This document shows positions 30,663 through 41,996 of a DNA stretch of 64,000 bases, one piece after another (the stretch's first letter is position 1; every line of letters begins with the position of its first letter). This DNA comes from Antedon mediterranea (lineage: Eukaryota > Animalia > Echinodermata), in contig NC_092674.1 in the NCBI RefSeq assembly GCF_964355755.1, forward strand, positions 7,378,001 to 7,442,000, read 5' to 3'. A model generated the notes under the pieces. It did not search any database and was not told the DNA's origin. It saw nothing but the letters and a program-made list of their open reading frames with translations. The position numbers and the translations under genes were made by a program.

Positions 30663-32227
30663 TCTGCAATTTACTTTATTTTGTAGTTATAGTTTAGAAA
30701 CTAAAACATAAAATACATTCTTCTTTTTGATAACTTTTTGATTTTTTTTTGTTACTGGCATATTGTTATTATTTAGCTTTTGTTGAATATCACTAATAAG
30801 TATAAAGCCAGGAGCAGTATATGCCTCTAAAAATATCTTGTCAATGTGTTTTAGTAAGTTTTAGGCCTAGATGATAGACTTTATTTGAAATCTGGCTGAT
30901 AATTAGAACCTCACATAGACCCACAACTAGAATATGTCACGGTTCAAATGTATGATTATAAATAGATAAATTCATTTATATTGCTTTTTAGAATTATTCA
31001 AGAGTGTGCCATGACATCTAAAGAAGTAATTGAAGGAATTAAAGCTGCAGCACTCGAGTGTTCTCTATGTTTGCATCACTTTACAAGACCAAAGACTCCA
31101 ACATGTGTTCATTCATTCCGTCTTGAGTGTCTTAATAAATGGGTTAAAGAAAGAAATGGAGTACTCAGCTGTCCAATATGTCGTAAAGTCTGCCAGATTC
31201 CAAAAGGAAGGCTTGATAACCTGAAGAATAACATATTTATCAGTGGCTTGTTGGACTATGTCACTACATTGGAACAGAAGACAGCACCAAAATGTAGTCT
31301 TTGTAGTACAGAAGCATGTTTCGTCTGTCGTGACTGTGATGAGTTATACTGTACACCTTGCAAAAATTATCATAAGAAAATGAAGATGTCAAAACATCAT
31401 TGCATTGTTACGATGAAAGAATACGCTGTTTTTAATCCTTTGGAAAGTTTGGCTTCTAAACCTGTGTTATGCTCTGAACATAATATGCCATTTCATTTCT
31501 ACTGTGACTCGTGTGAGATTCCTGTATGCGTTGGATGTACACAAATTAAACATTCTAAATCAGATGGTCATAACATCGTGGAAATAAAAACTGCGTTTGA
31601 ATCATTCTCAACACGTTCACAAAGCTTAATTAAAACAGCAGATGAAAGATTAGGAAGCCTTCAATCAATTGCTAATGAACTGACAGAGAAGGAGGCATTA
31701 GATATGTATAATTACAAGAAGCATCAAGCGACAATTACAGAAGAAGCAGATAAAGCGCACCAATTGATTGATCAGTATAAAACGGAACAGTTACAAGATC
31801 TCGAATCAACTCATCAACACAACCGGAAGCTACTTAAGGCCCATGTAAGTGATGTTGACTTAGCTATTGCTAAATTCTCCAGTATGCAGGGAATTGCACG
31901 TACCTTGATACATAGCCCAAACCATGCTATGGCACTAAGGTCAACTTCAGATGTTTTCAAACGAATGGATGAACATTTAAAGCAAAATATAATTACTGAT
32001 GATATGCAGAAACCGAATGTTTCAAAGTACAATAATATCAGGTTAGAAGTAGTGAAAGCTGCAGATATTTCAAAATCAACATTTGATATGTGTTTAGGTA
32101 TTCCTTCGTGTATAACGAAGGATTCTAATGGAGCAGCTGTCTATGTGAAAGATGTAAAAGTCAAATGCTTCAAAGTAGACCAAAGTAAATCAAATATGCT
32201 TAATATACCCATTAACTGCGTGTCATT

Positions 32228-33257
32228 TGTTGATTCCATTGTAACTTGGATTTAAAGCTCGGGAATATACAGAAATAATAACACAGAAACTACGGGAAAT
32301 TAAAGAACAAAGTGTGGTTTATTTTTCACTGAATCATCTCACGAGGTTTGAGGTTTTACCAAAGAATATATATCACAAGAATGAGTATTCCGCGATTTTC
32401 CCTGTAACAGTAATATTGTCCATGTGGTAGGGCGCCGCCATAAGTGTGGATGTATCTGGGATGTATACAACTTTTTGTGACGGTTTCAATAATCAAAGGC
32501 TAGACCACCGGTAGTATTTTCTTGATAACAAATGTTATCAACATCATGTTAAATACTATTTGGATATTTAATTGTTCGTTTTATGCAATTTATTTAGTAA
32601 AAACTGCCGTATAAACAGTTTGCTTTATCAACCGGGCGCTACGATAGCGTGACCGGGCGTGTTGGTGTTTACGCGTTTTCACGAAGGATTGTTTAATAAT
32701 ATTCCTATATTTAACTTGTTTCTAGTAAAACAAATAAATGTTAATAACATTTAACATTTTGTCCTATTAATAACATGTATTTTATACTAATTTATATCAT
32801 AAAAACAATACTTAATTTACCGGGCGTAGAGTAGTACACGGCAATGGTAAAGAATAGGCCGTGCTGAGTAACGATTCATTGATTTTTGGTGTTGCTGTGT
32901 TAGGCCTTTTTTGTGAACTAACTTAGCATGTTAGTAAATAATTGTCTGTAAAAGTGAATGTACACTAGGTTGTTAATAAATATGTATTATAAAATAGTTT
33001 ACAATTGCAAAAACTATTATCATAATTCTATGTGACATGTATAATATCTATTAAATCAAGTCTTATTCAGTATATATACATCCGCCCTTATGAGGGCGGG
33101 CATCACTCACTGGAGCTCTCTGTTACAAATTTCTCATGCAAAAATCGCGGAATACTCATTCTTGTGATATTCTTTGGTTTTACCAAAAGAAGAGACCCGT
33201 GAATAATTACAGTATGACACGTCAAAGGTGCATTACATATGAGGGGATAACTTAACA
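32228..33257. mobile_element. Short solo LTR-like element (about 206 bp without its nested insert) in TRIM copy 1
   Basis: TGTTGA...TTAACA ends; TSD TCATT at 32223-32227 and 33258-33262; absent from copy 2 (GTGTCATTACGTATC). Confidence 0.8.
32359..33177. mobile_element. TIR element (MITE) nested in the short solo LTR
   Basis: Inverted ends CCAAAGAATA(TATA)TCACAAGAATGAGTATTCCGCGATTTT / AAAATCGCGGAATACTCATTCTTGTGATATTCTTTGG, with TTTTA on both flanks. The exact TSD length is ambiguous. Confidence 0.85.
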
Positions 33258-35168
33258 TCATTAGGTATCACTGATAAACACAATGGCTATTACAACATTG
33301 ACAAAAGCATTCCGTTAAAAAGTTGTACTTTGATCTGTCTTATTATTAATGGATCTGATGTATTATTCAGCACTGTTAAGATTGGTTCACTGGGTTGCTG
33401 GTCTATAAACAAATCGGACTTCATACTTCTTTAAATAAGAATTATGTGTTTATTAAATTAACTTCATCTTAAATGATAGTAGGTACGGTAAACATATTTG
33501 TTTCTCAGAAAAATATACAACACGGCTAGTTAAGTTTATACTGTATTATAATAAATTGTGTATTATTGTTATATTTTCAGTTTTATATATATAGTTCAGT
33601 TTCAAAAGATATTGAATTGCATATTTAGGCCTACCAGACAATTTATTGTTTAAATCATTGTAGGAATTATTTCAGTCGACAGTGATATTTACTTCATTAT
33701 GATATTAAAGTTCAAGTAAAACGTCTTAGTTTTATTGCAAGCAAAATAACATATATACCATAGTCACTCTTTCAGCTTCCATTATAAATTCATAGTCAAT
33801 TTTACACTTTTTTCAACAATTGCTTAATATTAGAATAGTTTAGTGGTTAACTGTTAGATAGTTAAGTAATTGTTATGGTCACTTATATTATAATAAGCAT
33901 ACATTTTCAGGCCACTAATAATTTTAAGCAAAAATGTGTAAATATAAGAGTTAAATACATTCATATAGAAATATAGAATAAATAAATTGTACAATTGTTG
34001 TAAAATTTGAACCACATTGTAATGTCTTTGTATGAATTTAGAGGCCTGTCTTTATTAATACAGAAAATAATCAGGGTGATTTTATAGGTCCGCGAAAAGA
34101 TCGGTGTTCAAATGATTATTTTTTTTGGTACACAATTCCGGCAGCTCGTAAACAAATGAAGACATTTCATTTTATATTTTACGTACTGTTATTAACATAT
34201 GTTCTTGCTTATGTTTTAACATGGCTGTAAGTACACGTACTTAAGAATGAAACGCTACCGACGAATTTTCTGGCTCATTTATGCTGTATTACAGCCTTTA
34301 TTTCTTCATATATCTCTAACCTCTAATCTCTAGCCTCTAGCCGTAAATTACTGAAAACAAACAAGTAATAGCAATCAGCAAATACAACCTCAAACTGAGG
34401 TAAATACAACATTAAAACTTAGGAAGAGAACAATGACGTATCTCAACCATACATGACGTAATCTATGCTTCGTCAAGCGGAACGACCGCTCAGAAGTGCA
34501 CAACACACCATGTGACGTGCAGCTAACTGTGTGATACATGATGCAAATCTGCATGTCTTAAATAGACTAAATAACTATAAAGTAATCTTAAAGTTCACGT
34601 CATAACTTCTACAATCATTCTGCTATCAGTAAACGTAATGATAATAATCAGTAAATAACAATTTAAATAAACAATGTAAACAAACAACTGAGGTCATAAA
34701 AGTGGGCTCCACAGAACAGCGACACCCATGACAACCTGCTCCGGCCATGCCACTCCAACCCTCCATGCTCTAGGCGGCGAGTCTAAACGACCTCGCCATC
34801 TAAATAATGCCAATCTGCCTAAGCAAGAAGGAGTCACGAATATTAAATGTATCATAACTAAAGCTAAAAACATCTATAACAAAGCATTACCGGTTCCGGT
34901 ATCGTAGCTCAAATTCAACATAACAACTTTGTTGATTATTATGTCCTCTAAACAAACAATTAATTATCACGTTCTCATATCTGTCCAAAAGGACCCGCAC
35001 GATGGCGCTATACAAATTAACCTACTGATTAGAAATCAGTACAGGCCTCCCATAAATTGACTACAATTTCTAACAAACAAATTAAACAATGGTATAATTA
35101 TCAATAATAAACAAAGTAAGATTCAAACAATTACTAAATTATATAATTTCTACAACTGCAGTGTTAGA

Positions 35169-36425
35169 TTACTGATCTTTAGGAACCAACAACACAATCT
35201 TGGTTACTGGCCTATCCAATGTTGTTCTTCTTCGTCCAACGAAGACAGTGACGCTTCTCACTAAACCATCATCACTCGGCTTGGTATTAGTAACTCGAGC
35301 AAGCTCCCAATGATTTCTCGGGACACCTTCTTCATACAAAAGTACAATATCTCCAATGCTTATGTTTCTTTTCTTCTTAGTCCACTTCTGTCTTTGCTGT
35401 AAATTGATAATATATTCTTTTTGCCATCTACTCCAAAACGTATCCGCCAGGTGCTGGACTCTTCTCCAGAGCTTCCGGCTAAACTTCCCGTCCCTTTTGA
35501 AGTTTCCTGGCGGAGCATACACCGCACTGCTTTTCATCGTTAACAAGTGAAATGGTGTTAGCGGTTCTAAAGATGCATCGTTAGTAGCACATAAAGGTCT
35601 GCTGTTAATTATTGCTTCTGCTTCTGTCATAAATGTGCTCAGCATGTCATCATTCAATAACGCCTTATGCTGAAGCATTAAGCTATCAAAAATGTTTCTG
35701 GTTGTTCTGATCATACGCTCCCAAGCTCCTCCGTGATGGCTTGCAGTGGGTGTGTTAAATTTCCAATCACAATTTAACCTTAGCATATTTATGCGAATTG
35801 CCTCTTGATCCATCTCCTTTACTGCTTCCTTCAGCTCTCTTGTGGCACCAATAAAATTGGTTCCTTGGTCAGACCTCATTTGTCTGACGGGTCCTCTCCT
35901 ACATAAAAATCGCCGAAAGGCATTCATAAAGGAATCTGTCGATAACGAGCTGGCTATCTCCAGGTGCACACTTCGAGACACCAAACATGTAAATAGCACA
36001 CCATAGCGCTTAAGTTCCTTTCTACCATTTTTTACAATGATCGGCCCAAAGAAGTCTACGCCACAGTAACTAAAGGCAGGACCTGCCTCGGCTCTTTCGA
36101 CTGGTAGATCTGCCATACGCTGGAGTTCTGTAGGTCGTCTAAGTCGACGACATACCGTGCAGTCGTGAATATATCTTGAGACAGATGCCACGCCACCTAT
36201 CATCCAGAACCCAGCAGCTCGCACCGCATTAAGAGTAATCCCTCTACCTTGGTGGTACACTTGATTATGGTAATGACCGACTATTAATCGGGTTAAATCA
36301 CTTTTTGCAGGGATGATTACTGGATGTTTAATTTCTTCTGGTAGATTAGTTTTCTTTAAACGACCTCCTACACGCAGCAATCCATCGTTGTCTACGACTG
36401 GGTCTAACTTCACCAGCGCATTCAA
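35169..36425 (-). CDS. BEL/Pao integrase portion, in frame with the upstream ORF but separated by a TAA
   Basis: GLLRVGGRL, HPVIIP, H..H..C..C zinc finger, GVDFFGP, RSDQGTNF, GGAWERMI, WRRVQHLADTFWSRW. The ORF starts 9 nt after the TAA at 36435-36437 in the same frame. Confidence 0.9.
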   Translation of the reverse strand: MNALVKLDPVVDNDGLLRVGGRLKKTNLPEEIKHPVIIPAKSDLTRLIVGHYHNQVYHQGRGITLNAVRAAGFWMIGGVASVSRYIHDCTVCRRLRRPTELQRMADLPVERAEAGPAFSYCGVDFFGPIIVKNGRKELKRYGVLFTCLVSRSVHLEIASSLSTDSFMNAFRRFLCRRGPVRQMRSDQGTNFIGATRELKEAVKEMDQEAIRINMLRLNCDWKFNTPTASHHGGAWERMIRTTRNIFDSLMLQHKALLNDDMLSTFMTEAEAIINSRPLCATNDASLEPLTPFHLLTMKSSAVYAPPGNFKRDGKFSRKLWRRVQHLADTFWSRWQKEYIINLQQRQKWTKKKRNISIGDIVLLYEEGVPRNHWELARVTNTKPSDDGLVRSVTVFVGRRRTTLDRPVTKIVLLVPKDQ

Positions 36426-36434
36426 ATCCTTCCA

Positions 36435-39400
36435 TTAATTGTATTGCACAGCTTTAATTATCAATTTTTCACTTCTAGTTAGGTCTTCTACCGTAACTTC
36501 TCCGGATCGCTTCCATCCTCTTAATTTATAAATAAAGATTAAACACCTTGCAAGTATTTGTCGTACCTTGTGCCAACTGGAAGTTCTTCTTAACATGTCT
36601 GGGATCAGTTCAGTTTTCACTTGTGTTGCAAACACCTTAGCTTGCCTTACTTCCACATCGTCATCTTTTATTTCAATATGTAACTGGTTGATTGTATATT
36701 TTTCACGGTTTAAGAAAGCTGGTCCATGCCACCACCTCTCGCAATCTCTCAATTTCTCAGCATCCATTCCACGTGATGCAATATCAGCGGGATTATCCTC
36801 ACTGCTTACGTAGTGCCACTGACCACTAGTGCTCGCATCGTGAATTTGTTGCACCCTATTAGCTACAAAGGTGTTAAACCTTTTCGCTTCATTATTAATA
36901 TATCCAATGACTACTTGGCTGTCAGTCCAGAAATACTCAGTGACGTTCGGATACTCTATCTCTTCTTTCAGCATGGATGCAACCTTAACCGATACCACTG
37001 CAGCTGCCAGTTCCAACCTTGGTATAGTTATCATTCTCTTAGGAGCTACACGGCATTTGCTAATTATGAGTGATGTCTTCACTTTACCTTCTTTATCAAC
37101 AAGTCGTAAGTATGAACACTGACCGTATCCTTTCTCGCTCGCATCACTAAAATGGTGTAGCTCGGTGGATACAATTTCTGAATTTCTATTGCTTATTGGC
37201 TTATAACATCTTTCAATACTGACGTCTTTCAAGTACACCAATTGCTTTTTCCATTCTTCCCATGATCTAAGGGTTTCTTCACCAACTGGATGATCCCATT
37301 CAGCACCACCAGCACAAATCTCCGGCAATATGCGTTTACCCAACAGAACGTAAGGACCAACAAACCCAAGAGGGTCAAATATAGCACTCACCGTAGACAG
37401 AATACCTCTTCTAGTTGATGGCTTATTTCTCAAATTGGCTTCAAATGTAAAGGTATCTTCCGCTGCATTCCACAATATACCCAACGTCCGCTCTGTAGGA
37501 AGATCACTCAAGTCCAACTGGTTTACTTTGGAAGCAATTGACGTGGTGGGTAAGGACTTCAATACCTCTGGAGAATTAGAGAGAAATTTGTGCAACCTAA
37601 AGCCGCCTCTGCTAAGCATATCCACAGTTCTCTTTATCAAACTGATAGCACCATCGATCGTTGGAACAGCCTTTAAGGCATCATCCACGTAGAATCCTCT
37701 GCGGCTGCGGACGAATTCAGCAGCATCAGTCCCATACTCTTTTTCATACTCAAGTTCTTCTGTAGGTACCTTTTCTGCCTGACTTTTGTCTATGATACTA
37801 GTCATAAACTCTTTATATTTTGCAGCGAATGTTGGCTGTTTTATCATTTTGTGTCTCAGCTGAATTAACCTCTTACCAACAGCTACTTTGTTGTTAGGCA
37901 ACTTCGGAATTTCCAATTTAAATGATAATGGCAGTTGGATATATCCATTTTCTGTTCTGCATCCTTTTTGCATAGCGTTCAAGAATTTCGTGTCTTCGAC
38001 TGATATCATTTTTCCATTTATACGATCATCCAAGAAATCTCTTTCCAGCACCTTTATTACTTCTTTAGTAGTTGTTTTGAAGGAGAATTGCTTTACATTG
38101 TTGGTGGGTTCTCCCTTCCGTGCCTTAACGACACCTACCACACCCCATCCTAATAAGGTCTTAATTGCATACGGATCTTCGTCATGATTACCTCGTACCA
38201 CTTCCCTTGGCATCAGTGCACTAGAACAATTGTGGCCTATTATTAGACCAACTTCAATATTAAGAAGTGGACTTAAGTCACTTTTTATTTTCTGTAGATG
38301 TTGCCAACCATTCACTGAGTTTGGAGTAGGAATCTGGTGTCTTGATACTGGTATGGAATCCCGAGTATAGGCTGCTGGTAAACTTATAGTTTTCCCTTCT
38401 TTAAGTCCTCTCACCTTCAAACCATTTATCTTCTCCGAAGTAACACATCCCTTTGTAAGTACTGTTGATATTTCCAGTTGTATGCGGACACCCTTGGTTT
38501 TTAATTCTTGTGCAAGTTTTGCTGAGATAAAACAGGAGTCTGACTGCTCATCAAGAAGGGCGTATGTTATGCTTTCCTGTTTCTCATATTCAATCCACAC
38601 AGGCACTATTGAAGAGCAACACTGTTCATTGTCACATGTATTGCTGCACAAATTGTTTGAAGATACTACAGGTGGTTTATCTGCGCTGTTTGAAGATACT
38701 ACAGGTGGTTCAGCTGCACTGTTCGAAGATACTACAGGTGGTTCAGCAGTACTGTGTGAAAATCTATGCATGATAGTAGGGTGCTCGCCTTTACATATAT
38801 CACAAATCCTTCGGCACTTACATTCTCTCCATATGTGCCCTTTTTTCAAGCAACCTCTACATAATCCTTTCCTTCTTATTAGCTCTTCTCGCTGTTTCAA
38901 TTCTAAACCCTTAAATTTATCACATCCTTCCACTGTGTGATTTCCGTCACAACAAAAACACCTTTTCTGCTTGGACTGAGTACTATAAGCTCTTGCGGAA
39001 TCACCAGATTTATTTCCCTTATGGCTATCACGGCTTTTTGATGCAGATGTAATCTGAAATGACGGGTCGTTACGTACCTTGGCCTCTTTTGCAACAAACT
39101 CTACAAAAACATTGAATGGCGGGAACGACACATCTTTATCGGCTTTATACCTTGCCCCGGTTGTACGCCACCGGTCTTGTAGTTGGTATGATAGTTTTTC
39201 TGTCACCATATTAACACCCCTTGCGGTATCAAAGCAGGCCAATCCTGGTAGTCTTTTATCTGATTTCGCTACTTCAATTTCCCTTAACAGGTCTGACATT
39301 TCCTTCAGCTGATGGTCATCTTTGATCCTCGGGAAGGTTTCTAATTTCTTTAATAGAACACTCTCAATCAACTCTGGGGCACCATACTCTTCATTTAAGC

Positions 39401-40031
39401 GTTTCCACATGTCCTTTAGGCCATTTTCAGGGTTGTCTAGATGAACCGCCCTTAACCTCATTACTATTTTCCTCGATTCAGGACCTAGCCATTTAATCAT
39501 CAAATCACACTCTTCTCGTGCACTCAAGGATAGCTCTTTGACAATTGCCTTAAACGTACCCATCCATGATCTGTAATTTAATGGACTGTCATCAAATTTA
39601 ATCAAACCATTGCTGATCAAATCTTTCTTCATTAGGAATTTCGCAATTGCATTGCTGCTTACGTTTCGGTCATCATCCTCCCTGTTGCTGGTAGTAGTAT
39701 CCACCACTGATGTCTCCCTTGCCTTGATATCTGCTAAATATTTTTTCCCTATTTGCAGACCTTGTGTGAACTCTAATAACACAATTTCAATATACGTTTC
39801 TGCTTCTTCTAATTCAGGTTCAGTGTCAAGTATTGCAACGAGTGCATCATGAACTTGTTCTACTCCATTAGACGCATTTAGCAGTCTTTCCAGAGCATTC
39901 TCTACTACTTCCTTCTCATTTTCTTCAGCTGTCGCTGCTTTTAATACATTTAAGGCTCTAGTGAATGCTCCCCTTTTTACTCTTCTGGAGTGTTTCAGCT
40001 TGTCCTTTTGATCAGATGTGCTAGCGGGCAT
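36435..40031 (-). CDS. BEL/Pao gag-protease-(partial RT)-RNase H polyprotein
   Basis: Three Cys-His knuckles (CFCCDGNH..C, CRGCLKKGH..C, CDICKGEH), protease YALLDEQSDSCFI, FYVDD, Pao RNase H LHHFSDASEKGYG, TIPRLELAAA, WTDSQVV, NPADIASRG. Confidence 0.9.
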   Translation of the reverse strand: MPASTSDQKDKLKHSRRVKRGAFTRALNVLKAATAEENEKEVVENALERLLNASNGVEQVHDALVAILDTEPELEEAETYIEIVLLEFTQGLQIGKKYLADIKARETSVVDTTTSNREDDDRNVSSNAIAKFLMKKDLISNGLIKFDDSPLNYRSWMGTFKAIVKELSLSAREECDLMIKWLGPESRKIVMRLRAVHLDNPENGLKDMWKRLNEEYGAPELIESVLLKKLETFPRIKDDHQLKEMSDLLREIEVAKSDKRLPGLACFDTARGVNMVTEKLSYQLQDRWRTTGARYKADKDVSFPPFNVFVEFVAKEAKVRNDPSFQITSASKSRDSHKGNKSGDSARAYSTQSKQKRCFCCDGNHTVEGCDKFKGLELKQREELIRRKGLCRGCLKKGHIWRECKCRRICDICKGEHPTIMHRFSHSTAEPPVVSSNSAAEPPVVSSNSADKPPVVSSNNLCSNTCDNEQCCSSIVPVWIEYEKQESITYALLDEQSDSCFISAKLAQELKTKGVRIQLEISTVLTKGCVTSEKINGLKVRGLKEGKTISLPAAYTRDSIPVSRHQIPTPNSVNGWQHLQKIKSDLSPLLNIEVGLIIGHNCSSALMPREVVRGNHDEDPYAIKTLLGWGVVGVVKARKGEPTNNVKQFSFKTTTKEVIKVLERDFLDDRINGKMISVEDTKFLNAMQKGCRTENGYIQLPLSFKLEIPKLPNNKVAVGKRLIQLRHKMIKQPTFAAKYKEFMTSIIDKSQAEKVPTEELEYEKEYGTDAAEFVRSRRGFYVDDALKAVPTIDGAISLIKRTVDMLSRGGFRLHKFLSNSPEVLKSLPTTSIASKVNQLDLSDLPTERTLGILWNAAEDTFTFEANLRNKPSTRRGILSTVSAIFDPLGFVGPYVLLGKRILPEICAGGAEWDHPVGEETLRSWEEWKKQLVYLKDVSIERCYKPISNRNSEIVSTELHHFSDASEKGYGQCSYLRLVDKEGKVKTSLIISKCRVAPKRMITIPRLELAAAVVSVKVASMLKEEIEYPNVTEYFWTDSQVVIGYINNEAKRFNTFVANRVQQIHDASTSGQWHYVSSEDNPADIASRGMDAEKLRDCERWWHGPAFLNREKYTINQLHIEIKDDDVEVRQAKVFATQVKTELIPDMLRRTSSWHKVRQILARCLIFIYKLRGWKRSGEVTVEDLTRSEKLIIKAVQYN

Positions 40032-41996
40032 CTTGCTTCACTTTCAGGATTGGTTGAAATACCTCCGTAATTTACTGTAAGTACACGTACTTAAGAATGA
40101 AACGCTACCGACGAATTTTCTGGCTCATTTATGCTGTATTACAGCCTTTATTTCTTCATATATCTCTAACCTCTAATCTCTAGCCTCTAGCCGTAAATTA
40201 CTGAAAACAAACAAGTAATAGCAATCAGCAAATACAACCTCAAACTGAGGTAAATACAACATTAAAACTTAGGAAGAGAACAATGACGTATCTCAACCAT
40301 ACATGACGTAATCTATGCTTCGTCAAGCGGAACGACCGCTCAGAAGTGCACAACACACCATGTGACGTGCAGCTAACTGTGTGATACATGATGCAAATCT
40401 GCATGTCTTAAATAGACTAAATAACTATAAAGTAATCTTAAAGTTCACGTCATAACTTCTACAATCATTCTGCTATCAGTAAACGTAATGATAATAATCA
40501 GTAAATAACAATTTAAATAAACAATGTAAACAAACAACTGAGGGCATAAAAGTGGGCTCCACAGAACAGCGACACCCATGACAACCTGCTCCGGCCATGC
40601 CACTCCAACCCTCCATGCTCTAGGCGGCGAGTCTAAACGACCTCGCCATCTAAATAATGCCAATCTGCCTAAGCAAGAAGGAGTCACGAATATTAAATGT
40701 ATCATAACTAAAGCTAAAAACATCTATAACAAAGCATTACCGGTTCCGGTATCGTAGCTCAAATTCAACATAACAACTTTGTTGATTATTATGTCCTCTA
40801 AACAAACAATTAATTATCACGTTCTCATATCTGTCCAAAAGGACCCGCACGATGGCGCTATACAAATTAACCTACTGATTAGAAATCAGTACAATGGCTA
40901 TTCTAAAATGGCTGTCAGCAAAATAAACATTTTGGCTTAAATCGTTTGTTTCTCTTTTGTTAATTTTTTGGTAAATAGTTTCGAGGAATTATAATCAGTA
41001 TTTTTTAGGGCAGGTACTAACTGGTGGCGCTATTTATGTTAGAACAATTTTAATTTATTATTGCCTTGGTCTGTGTGACACAATTGAGCAATTGGGACGC
41101 ACAAAGAATAAGGCGTTATCACCATGATAAAGACTGGTATGTAGGCAAAATCAAAAGTTTTATTGTCACAATAAACTAAAATGTTACATTGTAATTTTTT
41201 TTAGAGCATTATAGATATTAATTAATTTAATTGATATGCGAGTGCATTTCATATGGTCCACCAACAGATCGCTGTTAAAATAAATAAATATGAAATTTAG
41301 GCACAAATATGAATCATTATATTATTGTCACGAACTCCTCTCACGTATGTTTCCGAGCGGTTGAAAATACTTTAGGAACTCCCTTGTGACATAAAAGTAT
41401 ACACACAAAATCCACAAAGTTGTAAAATAACTCAAAACAAAGCTTTAATTTCAATCAACTTCAACTTTTAACAATCCAGTAAGCACTTTAAGCAACAGCT
41501 TCACAATAACTTTACAATATAATATCCAACCTCTAATCCAACCTCTAATCCAACCTTCTTCAAAAAAATGCTTCAATCAAAAATCCTTCTCCCACTTACA
41601 ATTGTCATACGTCCCCTTATATACAATATGTTCATAACCTTCTAGATCATTCCTTATACTTCTTTTTATTCTATTGATTACAGTTTCTATTTTAGTAATT
41701 GTCGGCGCAACGGTAAAACAAAACAACTACTAAATGTATACAGTAAACTATGCAATTTATTCCAAGTGAATCAAGTGAGGATTCTCAATAAATAGATAAA
41801 ATATACAATATACAATATTTGATAAGACAATGCAGTAAACGGTGTAGCTAAGATGCTGGTTGAGAAAAGAGTGTGTTAATAATGTGGTCAGTGCATGGTA
41901 ATATTGGGCTTGGCCCATCTCATCTGACCAATTAGGATTAAGAGAATTAATGTGGTTTTCTGTTAGAGTCATTAACATTCTTAAAATCCATTAGCT

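Larger units (their letters stand above)
31011..33434 (+). pseudogene. TRIM-type E3 ligase gene copy 1 (RING, two B-boxes, coiled coil, filamin-like tail); interrupted by a solo LTR, RING Cys->Arg
   Basis: ATG at 31011 follows an acceptor AG at 30990-30991. RING reads CSLC...CVHSFRLEC...CPIC; B-boxes CSLC..CRDC..YC..C..H and CSEH..YCDSC..VCVGC..H..H. Removing 32228-33262 restores a frame collinear with copy 2 (INCVSLGITDKHNGYY...DFILL, TAA at 33432-33434). As written the ORF stops inside the insertion at 32255. Confidence 0.85.
34226..40893 (-). mobile_element. BEL/Pao LTR retrotransposon, full-length LTR structure, non-autonomous (RT deletion plus one in-frame stop)
   Basis: 818-bp TG..CA LTRs at 34226-35043 and 40076-40893. 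TSD ATGGC at 34221-34225 and 40894-40898. The empty site ATGGCTATTCT is seen in the paralogous segment near 54667. Purine-rich GGGAGGCC abuts the 3' LTR on the minus strand. Confidence 0.96.

Noticed and set aside
40445-40723. 92-aa ORF repeated at 60551-60829, and 73-aa ORF repeated at 41757-41978 and 49847-50068
   Set aside because: They recur only because they lie in LTR copies. They have no recognisable domain, and the 92-aa ORF is broken by a substitution in the LTR at 34226-35043.
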